A DNA stretch of 64,000 nucleotides. It comes from Octopus sinensis. Its lineage: Eukaryota. The translations under genes were made by a program, and so were the position numbers. Position 1 is the first letter of the stretch. Every line of letters begins with the position of its first letter. Where the stretch lies: positions 85,498,001 to 85,562,000 of the forward strand of contig NC_043004.1 of the NCBI RefSeq assembly GCF_006345805.1. The letters are read 5' to 3'. The notes below the pieces were generated by a model. That model did not search any database. It was not told the DNA's origin and saw only the letters and a program-made list of their open reading frames with translations. This document shows positions 39,464-51,705 of this stretch, piece after piece.

Positions 39464-40643
39464 GTGTGTGTGTGGTTGTGTGTGAGTGCGCGCACACAAT
39501 ATGTGTGTGTATGTATACCTTATATTCAATTTTATTTATTCATTTCGCAAAATGATGACCTTCAAGAAAGACTAAAGTTTGAACAATTAGCATTATGTTT
39601 CATATTCAGATGCTTTTATTAAATTCATTCAGTTGTGGAACATAAATACATTTTGGAATTAAATAATTTTGATTTACTCTCAGGTGATGTTTGGCTAACC
39701 CTCTATACACATAAATGTGAATATAGGTATGCATATATGTACACAAATAACTATCAGAAAATTTGTGTTTATAATTAAAAGCATGTGTGTGTGTCTGGGT
39801 AACGGTATGTCTGTATGTCGATATCAGTGTAAATAAGTGTGTAAAATCTATGGAAAATTCGGGCCAATTTTGATAGTTTGCATGAAAGGAAAAGAAAACA
39901 CAATATAAATAATAAAATATGAACAAAAATTAGGCTGGGAGATAACAATTTATTCAACATGACTGCAACGACTGCACCTAGCACCCACCACGCCCTCAAA
40001 ACGAGTGTGATGGGCACACTTTTGGCGTTTATCTTCTATGACATACACAGCAGGACCCGGAATATTTTGCGTCTATAAGTACTTGCACGTTTTAACAATA
40101 ATTATGCAAATATTCCATCATGGCTGCAGTCAAATGAGGGAAACAAGTAACAGAATAAAAGAAAAAGATAGAAAAAATATGCGTATGTATACACGTAGGT
40201 GTGTAAATATATATTCATATGAATATAAATATATATTTACTTTTATCTTACTAGTTTCAGACAGAGGCTGAGGCCAGGCTGGAGCACTGCCTTTCAGTGT
40301 GTTTGCGTTTGTTTTCCATACCGTTTGTGGTGAATTAGCCAGCTAGCGGCAGCTGCTTTTCTTCGTGCCTCCTGCCGCGATAAGATTTCAGTGGGGTATT
40401 TCTGTCAAAACTTTTTTCGAGAGACTCTTTGACGACGTTAATATCTAGATAACGCAAATTTATGAGGTTGATCCGAAAAAAATAATAAATAGGCGCAGGG
40501 GTGGCTGTGTGGTAAGTAGCTTGCTAACCAGCCACATGGTTCGGGTTCAATCTTAGGCAAGTGTCTTCCGCTATAGCCCCGGGCCGACCCAATGCCTCTT
40601 GTGAGTGGATTTGGTAGACGGAAACTGAAAGAAGCCTGTTGTA

Positions 40644-40699
<56 letters not shown>

Positions 40700-41496
40700 T
40701 GTGTGGTGTGTTGGTGTCTATGTTTGTCCCTGTAGCATTGCTTGACAACCGATGCTGGTGTGTTTACGTCCCCGTAACTTAGCGGTTCGGTAAAAGGGAC
40801 CGATAGAATCAGTACTGGGGCTTACAAAAGAATAAGTCCCGGGTCGATTTGCACGGCTAAAGGCGTGTCAGCTCCAGCATGGCCGCAGTCAAATGACTGA
40901 AACAATGTAAGAGTAAAAGAGTAAAAGAGTAAATCCCGTACTCTTGAAACCAAGCTGTTTCAATAATGGGTCCTTACTTTGGTAATATTCATGGAACTTT
41001 GGTAATATTCAGGGCCGCCAAGTTCGGTGCTTGTTGAAACTTTCAAATGCAAAGTATTCAGCGGACTTTCCTCGATCTTACATAATGTATATCTCTGCAA
41101 GGGCATATATATATATATATACACACATATATATATAGATATATGTCTATTTGCATATTTTGTCATGAATATACTTCTGCACAGAATCGATTTCAAGCTT
41201 CTCATTTCCCTTCATTATCTAACTAGAAATTAATATGTCTATCTCTGCACAGTTATTCGTTCTCAGTCTATCTTTATTCTGTCTGTGACGACAAAGTCTT
41301 CATTTAGGTGTATTTCAATCACCATATGAATATGTATGGGATATGGATGTATGTGTATATCTATTTGTGTATGTGTATGTATGTGTGTGTGTCTGTATGT
41401 GTGTGTCTGTGTGTGTCTGTGTCTGGGTTGTGTGTATGATATACATGTTATATTATATTAATAATATATGTGTGTGTGACTGTGTTGTGTGTGAAG

Positions 41497-41553
<57 letters not shown>

Positions 41554-41600
41554 CATATACGAATATCTAAGAATATATATATATAACTTACACACACATA

Positions 41601-43353
41601 CTACTTGGTGTAATTGATAATTTTTCCAAATTAATTAATTCACCCTCATTATTACGGATAACCATATTTTATCTCAGTAGATGGACCACAGCATCTTGTT
41701 TGGCTACACGCGGGTGGGAAGGGGCTGTGATGACACAATCGTTTCATTCACAAATTGATTCGGTGATACCAGTTGCGGGTTCTAGCTCGCTCTGATACTG
41801 AGTGGAGTTGGTTGCCTTTTGGTATCTCTCAAAATTCAATATATCATCATTTATGATTATAGTATTCTACGCTGAAGAGGAAAAGAAGTTTCGGTAAGAT
41901 AGAATTATTTTATTATTTAATATTTAATATTTAATTCGTATGCTTCCTTAAAAACTTGATTTCGAACCGTACGTCCGTGGATAACTAAAAAAATGTTATG
42001 ATAGATTGCAGTCAATTCATTCTCTCTTACCTGTTGTGGCCTTCCAAAATGCTGTTTTTACTGAGATCTCCCTTTTAGTAGAAGAAATAGCTATAACCCT
42101 TTGACTGCTATTTCTAAATTCGGTATGTGGTAAGGCAACTCGTTGCTAAACCCTTATTGCTTAGTATTACTTAAATTTCCTCGAATGAGGCTTTTAATGC
42201 CGAAGACTACTTGGTGTAATTGATAATTCTTCCAAATTAATTAATTTCACCCTTCATTATTACGGATAACCATATTTTATCTCAGTAGATGACCACAGCA
42301 TCTTGTTTTGGCTACACGCGGGTGGGAAGGGGCTGTTGACACAATCGTTTCATTCACAAATTGAATCGGTGATACCAGTTGCGGGTTCTAGCTCGCTCTG
42401 ATACTGAGTGGAGTGGTGCCTTCTGGTATCTCAAAATTCAATATATAATCATTTATGATTATAGTATTCTACGCTGAAGAGAAAAGAAGTTTCGGTAAGA
42501 TAGAATTATTTATTATTAATATAATATTTAATTCGTATGGCTTTCCTTAAAACTTGATTTCGAAACGTACGTCCGTGGATAACTAAAAAAATGTATGATA
42601 GATTGCAGTCAATTCATTCTCTCTTACCTGTTTGTGCCTTCCAAATGCTGTTTTTACTGAGATCTCCCTTTTTAGTAGAAGAAATAGCTATAAACCTTTG
42701 ACTGCTATTTCTAAATTCGGTATGTGGTAAGGCAACTCGTTGCTAAACCTTATTGCTTAGTATTACTTAAATTTTCCTCGAATGAGGCTTTTACATGCCG
42801 AAGACTACTTGGTTGTAATTGATAATTTTTCCAAATTAATTAATTTCACCCTTCATTATTACGGATAACCATATTTATCTCAGTAGATGACCACAGCATC
42901 TTGTTTTGCTACCGCGGGTGGGAAGGGGCTGTTGACACAATCGTTTCATTCACAAATTGAATTCGGTGGATACCAGTGCGGGTTCTAGCTCGCTCTGATA
43001 CTGAGTGGAGTTGGTGCCTTCTGGTATCTCAAAATTCAATATATAATCATTGATGATTATAGTATTCTACGCTGAAGAGAAAGAAGTTTCGGTAAGATAG
43101 AATTATTTTTATTTAATATTTAATATTTAATTCGTATGCTTTCCTTAAAACTTGATTTCGAAACGTACGTCCGTGGATAACTAAAAAAATGTATGATAGA
43201 TTGCAGTCAATTCATTCTCTCTTACCTGTTTGTGCCTTCCAAATGCTGTTTTTACTGAGATCTCCTTTTTAGTAGAAGAAATAGCTATAACCTTTGACTG
43301 CTATTTCTAAATTCGGTATGTGGTAGGCAACTCGTTGCTAAACCCTTATTGCA
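41601..43353. repeat. ~600 bp satellite, ~2.9 copies (units start 41601, 42207, 42805)
   Basis: CTACTTGG(T)TGTAATTGATAAT recurs with whole-unit similarity. Confidence 0.92.
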
Positions 43354-43354
43354 G

Positions 43355-43386
<32 letters not shown>

Positions 43387-44063
43387 TTACACATATGCAT
43401 ACCTATTTTATATGTATATACGTACATGTATTTACATATATTAGCGTGTTGATATATATCTATATCTTTATATGTATATAAATATATATATATATGTGTG
43501 TGTGCGTGTGTAAATATATGTGTGTATATATATATGTGTATAAATATATGTGTGTATGTGTGTATATATATACATGTATGTGGGGTATATATATATATAT
43601 ATATATAATTATGTTGACATATATATATATGTATGTATATATATATGTGTGTGTATATGTTATATATATATATAGATATAATATAATATAATATATATAT
43701 ATAATATATATATATATATGTTATGTATATATATGTATGTATGTATATGTATATGTAATGATATTTCATAACGTGCTATTCTGATCCCGTGTTCGGAGTA
43801 ATTTCGTTTCCTGAAGTCCGACAAAGCGTGAAAATTAATTAGTTGTGACTTATCATAGTAACGTGTCACTGTCAACAACAGAAATGTCACGTACTAACAC
43901 CGTCCACGCGTAGGCGCACACATAAACACATATTTACCACCACGCACATGCGCGCATTTTCACACAAATACACCCACACACAAATACAAATACATGTGTT
44001 CATATATACATTAAAATATATACAGACACACGCACACATACACACAAACAGAAATGTGGCGTG

Positions 44064-44099
<36 letters not shown>

Positions 44100-44237
44100 T
44101 ATATATATATGTATGTATATTGAAATTATGCGCAAAGCTTAATGTGATTATGCGTCTGTACATTCCTGACTTCCTTATCAGCTAGCGACAATGATAATGA
44201 TAGTAGCAGCAGCAGCAGCAGCAGCAGTAGCAGTTGC

Positions 44238-44289
<52 letters not shown>

Positions 44290-44349
44290 TAGTAGTAGTA
44301 GTAATAATAATAATAATAATGACGATGATGATGATGGTAATAATTTTCC

Positions 44350-44705
44350 AGACGAAGAAATACAGACTACTAAAAGACGAAATTGCAAGTACGTGGTCAA
44401 TGTGGAATGTAACTGTTATCTCTGTAGTTACAAATACTGGGGACACTAGCATCAAGGATCGAGAAACGTTTCAGAGAAATTGAAATTGACATGAGGCCAG
44501 AGCAGGCCCTAAAAACTGCTCAATTAAGGACGTTAAAATTGTGAGGTTTGGTTTTTGGGATTTGAGTGTCTTCTTCGATAAATTACATCCAAGTACCAAA
44601 GCTTAGAATTTGCGCAAGATCTTGCGAGACCTTTAAATGCAGGTTGCTGTCTGCTCTCACAGAATCAACAACAGCAAGACTCAAAGACGTGGGAAGTAGA
44701 CAAAA
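44350..44705 (+). mobile_element. R4/Dong-like non-LTR retrotransposon 3' end
   Basis: KYRLLKDEIASTWSMWNVTVISVV and GTLASRIEKRFREIEIDMRPEQALKTAQL resemble the RLE-clade C-terminus; flanked by trinucleotide arrays. Confidence 0.7.
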
Positions 44706-44735
44706 TAATTATTGTTATTACTAGTAGGAAGCTTA

Positions 44736-44912
44736 AGGCAGTGAACTGGTAGAATCGTCACCACGCCGGACAAAGTGCTTAGCGGCATTTCGTCCATCTT
44801 TACGTTCAGATTTCAAATTCCGCCGAGGTCGACTTTGCCTTTCATCATTTTGGGGTCGATAAATTAAGCACCGGTGAAACACTGGATCGATGTAATCGAC
44901 TAGACCCCTCCA
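44736..44912 (+). mobile_element. SINE family A
   Basis: CAAATTCCGCCGAGGTCGACTTTGCCTTTCATC..GGGGTCGATAAATTAAG. Confidence 0.85.
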
Positions 44913-45094
44913 CATCATACTTTTGAGGACTTGTGACTCCAGGAAAAAGGATTGTCATTATTATTATTATTAATATCTTCTTTCTTCTTCTTCTTCGTCT
45001 TCTTCTTCTTCTTCTTCTTCTTCTTCTTCTTCTTCTTCTTCTTCTTCTTCTTCTTGATGATGTTGATGTTGTTGTTGTTATTATTATTATTATT

Positions 45095-45643
45095 GAGTGA
45101 GAGAGCAGTGCATGCCATGAAAGTGACACTGGGGTAAAATATACGAAGCCCAGTATACCCATCATGACTACCCGTCTGATAAGGGTACACCAGGCACATG
45201 CATCACAACCATATGTGCGCGAAATTGTGATCTCATATAAAGATAAACAGCACAAGACCTTGCAGGTGGGGCTCAGGTAGAGTTTTCTTCTTGTTAAGTA
45301 ACCCATTGCGCTTAAATGGTCCCTGAATAAGGATTGTATAAAGATGTTGAACAAAACACCCATGTTTCCAGAGGTGAATTATTCAAACCCCAAAGAATCT
45401 CTCTCAACACATGGCTATGATGCTCCCCCACTACTTCTGCTCGTGATCAGAGATGCACATAGCGTCAGCCACTAAGGGACATGCTCAACTGGTTATGGTC
45501 AAACAACTCACAAGCAAATCTGTGGTATTGAGCAGAATATTTTCCCCTCTTTTATACCAAGACAAACAATGTACATGAAAATACTTCCAATCAGTTAAGA
45601 TCAGAAGCAAGCGAGCCACTGTCTGGTACTCCATCAGGGCATT
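45095..45643 (-). mobile_element. ~550 bp non-coding interspersed element embedded in (TAA)n-type arrays
   Basis: Complex sequence bounded on both sides by TTA/TTC/TTG/CTA arrays; no tRNA head; I recall it as an abundant octopus repeat. Confidence 0.55.
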
Positions 45644-45693
45644 TATTATTACTACCACTACTACAACTACCACTACTGCTGCTGCTGCTGCTG

Positions 45694-45744
<51 letters not shown>

Positions 45745-45756
45745 TTATTATTATTA

Positions 45757-45790
<34 letters not shown>

Positions 45791-46287
45791 CATCGCAAGC
45801 GCACCCAGCTGTTAGCATGAACTGGATGAAATTGATTTTCTCAATCACCTAAAATTTCAAATATTGTGTCTTTAGTAGAAAGGATTATTTTTTTGTAATT
45901 TCATTATAGTTACAGTTTTGAGCTGGAAGAATTGTTAGCCTCTCGCTCAAAACGCTGAGCAGCATTTCCTCCAGCTTTTCATTTTAGTTCGAATGCCGAT
46001 GAAATAAGTACTTTCGAGAAGTAAGGTCGATGAAACTGACTTGCCCTCTATTGAAAATTGTTGACCCATGGCCGAAATTTGAGAGTAATATCATTATTTC
46101 AGTATCTCATTTAGATACAACATAGCCTGATCAGAAGCGAGAAGGTCTTCGATCTGACTATTAGTTAACTTTATCTAATCCGAAAGGATTAGTGGCGTAT
46201 AGAATGTTTGAACCTAGGGCGTAAAAAGTAAGGAAGAATTAGTAGAAAGCCTTAACGATGTTAACAGTCTACTACCCTTTCCGCATA

Positions 46288-46805
46288 CCGTAAATCCTCG
46301 AGTATAATACGAATTTTTTCCCAAAATTTAAAGGTCAAAATCCCTAGTACGTACTATATACGAGGTTAAAAATGAAAATTATTTTCTAAGCAATGTCCGA
46401 GTCTCTATTTGCTGTCCGGCTATGTTTATTTAGATGCATTTTGTGATGTCGGGCGCGAAAATACCTTAAGCTAATCCTGAAAGCAATGAAGTCATAAAAG
46501 AATCATCCATAACTTGCAGTAAGCAACATTTATTAAACGTTATTACTGTTATTTCTTTATTTTCTGCAAACAAAATGCACAAAAAAACTACACGTTTGCA
46601 TTATGTTATATATACAATAATAATAATAATAAAGGATGTTACCGTATACATTTTTACAAACCAAGGGCGTTATATAGACCTCCTTGACTCAAGTTAGAGA
46701 AGGGGTGCGTATTATACACATGGTTTAGGTTTTTTCAGAGGTACAGCCCCCTAAATATCCCATGCGTATTATACTCAAGGGCGAACTATATTCGACGATT
46801 TACAG
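46288..46805. mobile_element. Pogo/Tc1-mariner-type MITE
   Basis: TA|CCGTAAATCCTCGAGTATAAT ... ACTATATTCGACGATTTACAG|TA with subterminal GCGTATTATAC repeats. Confidence 0.85.
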
Positions 46806-48313
46806 TATGATAATAAATATTTCTAACATTGATACAAGGTTCCTCATGACTTGTACGAATGGTCAATTCGAATATTTTAATCTTTGTTACTTCACCTATA
46901 AAGTATTTTATAGAATGCGTAAAGATAAAATGCGACGTTGATCTTCGCTGGTATTGAACTCAAAATGCAAAGGAACGTTTTAAAATGGTACACGGCGTTT
47001 TAGTTCGTATCTGTAACACCTAGAGATGATAACGTTACCGTAAGGTGAAACTTTATCATAGAGCAGATACGCTCCTGTTATCTATCATCGTATCTTCAGC
47101 ATTATTTTTCTGCAGTAACGAAACATTAATGAAATCTACCTACAATATCATTTCGCTACCTTTTGTTTATTCTTAATCTTATATCTGTCTGTCATCTAAT
47201 TGTCTTATATATGTTTATTTACTTCACAATATTTGACTATTTCATGTCACCGTTCTAATTTCCAAGTTGGTTTAGTGTACATATCTTGTTCAAAACTGTT
47301 ATTTATACCAATTTTTTATGCATGATTTTCAACAAGCGACATAAACTCAAGGTTGTCTATTCCTAAAATGAATCAATGTACACTTCCTATCAAGTCTGCC
47401 AATGTTCGTTTTATATAGTCATTATGGACAAATGAGAGACGCAAGGATACCTACACACTCACAAAAAGATACACACACAACTATACCTACATATAACACA
47501 TAAACGCATATATATATTTACGTACATACAGATACACATACACACGATATGGGTCTTTCAATTAATGTATACCAAACCCATTTACCGATTTACTAGGCCC
47601 TAGTGACTGTAAGGTGCAACGCAATGGCACTGAACACGCAATCAGGTGGTTGAGAATCAAACTGCTTACAACACTGCCACATTTTCGACTGCCAAATAAT
47701 TTTCTATTGTAAAATCTGTACATAGAATTTTAGTATGTTCATACTGACTTTCAAATGGTTAATTGAAATATAAACAAATCCAGTCTAGAACAGGATGCCC
47801 CGTTCATATGCTGCACATACGCTTAAAAGAAAGCATTTGTACATATGTCAAAAAATATCAGTGAATATAATATTATGGCTAACGGAAAATCCACAGCCCA
47901 GAAAATTGGAAATTTGAGGATTAATGAGGCAATTCAACCATCAAATAAAAAAGCGTTAATTGGCTAATTTTTCATTATAGTTCTGAACATGTGGTGGCAT
48001 CTCATCTATTCCTTTTTCTTTGCAGTTAGGTTCTCAGAGCATTCTCCATGTTTAAAACACGTTTAAAGGATAAAGTAATGAAATTAGTTGAAAACAAAAC
48101 CACTGTTCGTTTTACTTAAATTTTCCGCTCTTTATATACAATTTGTATGTTGCGATCAATAGACACTTTTACTGTGTGTATTCATCTATATATGCATGCA
48201 TGTATGCATATATATATAAAAAATAAATTAAATAGAGAGATATAATTGACAATCTAATCATTCATTTTTATTATAATATATCATAATATACTATGAATAT
48301 AATATAATACGAA

Positions 48314-48369
48314 ATTCCGTTGAAAGGATGGCTAGATTGTAAAAATCCAGCCGTCCTTTCACATGGAAT
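48314..48369 (+). ncRNA. Candidate pre-miRNA-like hairpin
   Basis: 24 pairs (2 G-U), 1 mismatch, 1 bulge, 5 nt loop; no match to miRNA families I remember. Confidence 0.3.
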
Positions 48370-48720
48370 GTCGCCTATCTTCAAACCATTGGCTCCGATG
48401 AGGCTTACATAAGGGAAATGAATTTTTCACATATCAAAAAATGTATATAAGTCGAAACAAATTGTTGTCATTTTTGCTTTTTAATGATTGTTCGTGTTAT
48501 ATTATCTTATCTTACATTATATTATATTACATCATATCATATTTATAATATATTATGCGATATAATATAAATGAATTAATGGATTTTCATTTGTATCACT
48601 CTATTTAATTTATTGTTTGTAATTTGTATTATACCCATATTTATGTGGTACTCAAGTGACGTAGCAGGGAATTGGCTATTTTACACACCCATTGGAATGA
48701 ATTCTTCCCCTTTGTCTGTT

Positions 48721-48793
<73 letters not shown>

Positions 48794-48902
48794 GCATATA
48801 TGTACATATATGCATATACATACATATATGTATATACATATATATACACACATACACACACGTATATATATACATACATATACTTAAATATATGTATTGT
48901 GT

Positions 48903-49217
48903 ATTTTCCATCGTCAGTGTAATATAGCCTATTGCACATAAATACAAACAATTATACATACCACAGGAACACATAGGATTCACAGCGCAAATACAATTGT
49001 TCGTATTTATATACAAATTAAAATTCAAATCTCTAGTTCGTTTCTCTCAGCCACGCATGAATAACCAAATAGTTCATCAGTGAATAGACTTTAAAATTAT
49101 AATTTGCATGTAAGTATCATCAGTTGTATTTGCGCTGTGCATATGTTGCGTTCCTGTGATATGTATAACTGTTCGTATTTATGTGCATTGGGTTATATCA
49201 CACTGACGATGGAAAAT
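48903..49217 (-). mobile_element. ~125 bp inverted repeat with an HHR-like spacer
   Basis: Arms 48903-49028 / 49091-49217; the minus-strand spacer has CTGATGAA...GAAACG. Confidence 0.7.
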
Positions 49218-50149
49218 GGGAATTTTGCCGTAATACTAATTTCAATTATTATGTAATTGAACCTTTTCATGAATTCTTTTTGTATATTCCCCCGATTTCG
49301 GCGCGTGTTTATTGTAATATTTAAGGTAGTTTAAAGCTATTTCGCGTCTTTCGTTAGCGTTAGGCTAAGTCTGTGTACCTACTCGCTTGCTCTTAATATA
49401 AATTTATTAATTTTACCTTAACTGATTATTACATGATAACTACCTAAGTAAATCATATATAAATTCCCAATAAGTTAGTTACCTAATAACATAAAATTAA
49501 TTACCCGATAGTAAGAATTCAAATAAAGTAACCCCGAAAAGGGCTTTAATGCGTCCTTAGAGTATACAGAACTTTGGAGGAAATGCTTATAAGGTATATA
49601 TACTAAAATCGTGAGGCGTGTTACGTAATAACAGGCTAATCAGATATGTGATAATAATAATTCAAACGAGATATCTCTGAAAAGGACTTTTGTGCTTTTG
49701 CGCTAGGGCTGGTGTATTCATGTATAACTCACTAACCAAGCGGATCTATTCTTTAGGAAAATACTAATTACTTAATTTAAGTGTTGTACTGAATAAATTG
49801 CGAAAATAGCTCATACAGTACAAATACTAAGTTATAAGCATACTGAATTTGATTTATACCAAATAATATAGGAAAATGAATGGGTTATTTCCCTTGGCTG
49901 TTAAAATAATATTTATTAGTTATATACAAGGATCCCTTCCAGGGGTCATGTTATCGATTATTTCAATAGTTTGAGTATGCCATGAGGTTTCCAGACAGGA
50001 GTTCTACTCACGTGTCAGGTTTCATCAAAATCTATAAAACTATGTGAGAGGAGTTAGCTAACAATTCCACAAACAAACACACTCACACACAAACTTTCCC
50101 ACATATTTAGGAGATATATTAGTGTATGTGGGTGTAAAGGGAAATATAT

Positions 50150-50219
<70 letters not shown>

Positions 50220-51276
50220 CCACACACTACACACTCAATAACACTATAAAAAGAGTCAAACATTCCTGCAAGAACTTAGTTCAATTTGACTACTCCACCA
50301 GAATGGACGAAAGCGCTTATATGATATATGATATATGATGTATAAAAACATGTAACATACAAATAAATATCTGTAAATATAAAATTATCCGAATTTCTGA
50401 GTACTTCATTTCTTCTAATATAAAATAACTCTACATCCTCCAAACATTCTAATATATATATATATATTAAATAAATAATGTATCCCACATATTCGCCTAC
50501 TGAGATGGAACTTACGTTCACTGTAAAAAGTAAAGCCAAGGAAACCAATGCTTGAATATGATATCGTAGGTTAATTGTTCAGATCTTAGCTTTTAACTTA
50601 ACAATTTATGGCTCCTTATATCGGCAACTTGTAAACGGGAAATATACCATAAAACAACCAAACCGAAACAGAAAAAATATTTCATAATATATCTGGGAAT
50701 CGAACTACCAACTAGCTTTCAACTTTATAACAGTGCCAGCCACTATTATTAATACGACATCACAGCATCAGCTCTCCAATTTTGCTCTCTGAGCCGAAAC
50801 ATTTTGCTTAGTTTAAACCAGCGGCTTGTCAATAGAGAAGTGAGTAAACAGATCATCAACGTATGGTAGTATCTATATTACATGGTATAAATCCCTATGA
50901 TTACTAATTAGCTGTCATACAATCTAAACTATATGAGCAAGTTTCGTTCGTAGAAATAAGCTGATGCATATTATTCAATACAAATAAGATGTAATACTCG
51001 GTTACTCTGTCACATTTAATCACATCAAGCTGAGAGTCAGAACCACTTGCATTTCCTGATTCAAATGATAATTTAATGACTTTACGGTTAAAACAGTGAC
51101 ACGAGAAAGAATGTTGCCTGCATTACGACTAGCGTACATTTGGTTGCATGAGGTTATTGCATTTAACGCGTATTTTGCCAAACAAAATTACGTACATTAT
51201 GCACCAAATAATTCAAACGTAGCTGCGATGCTCCATATCATTCTAAATCTAGAAGGACTCATGATACAATGAAATC

Positions 51277-51318
<42 letters not shown>

Positions 51319-51326
51319 TATATATA

Positions 51327-51512
51327 TACGAGGGAGCTGAAAATTCTAGGCTTTCAGTAAAAGAAAATACGGAAGGATTAATTAAATATGAAATTATTCA
51401 AAATTTTACCTGCTCAGCTTCACTCAGTTTTCGCAGCGGTCTTTCAATTTTTTCTAAGATCCTGGAAGTTTGGGCGGTACCCTCAACACCAGGAACTTTT
51501 CAGAACGCTCAC
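51327..51512 (+). mobile_element. Mariner-derived MITE
   Basis: TACGAGGGAGCTGAAAA ... GAACTTTTCAG ends. Confidence 0.65.
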
Positions 51513-51624
51513 AAACATGTATATACATATATATATGGATGCATGGCGTTCAAGTAAATAATAATATAAATAATACATGCATATATATATATATATATAT
51601 ATGCATATATGGATATATATGTTT

Positions 51625-51705
51625 ACATTATTTAGAATTGGTCGATATTTGTCCTCATCTTGTTTGTTGTTAACACAACGTTTCGGTTGATATATCCTCC
51701 AGCCG
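51625..51705 (-). mobile_element. Third fragment of the 22108-22547 family (stem II 3' half, GAAACGTTGTGTT and tail)
   Basis: Minus strand reads GGCTGGAGGATATATCAACCGAAACGTTGTGTTAACAACAAACAAGATGAGGACAAATATC. Confidence 0.8.

Larger units (their letters stand above)
36865..40936. repeat. ~2 kb direct duplication abutting both sides of the gap (36865-38842 / 38943-40936)
   Basis: The copies end and start exactly at the N run and differ mostly by homopolymer indels plus a few substitutions. Confidence 0.9.

Noticed and set aside
41870-41900. CTGAAGA...GTTTCGG in the satellite unit
   Set aside because: The two half-motifs are in incompatible orientations, so they cannot form a hammerhead.
47995-48085. 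Acceptor-like TTTTTCTTTGCAG with a downstream GTAATG
   Set aside because: All three frames contain stops and there is no independent evidence for an exon.
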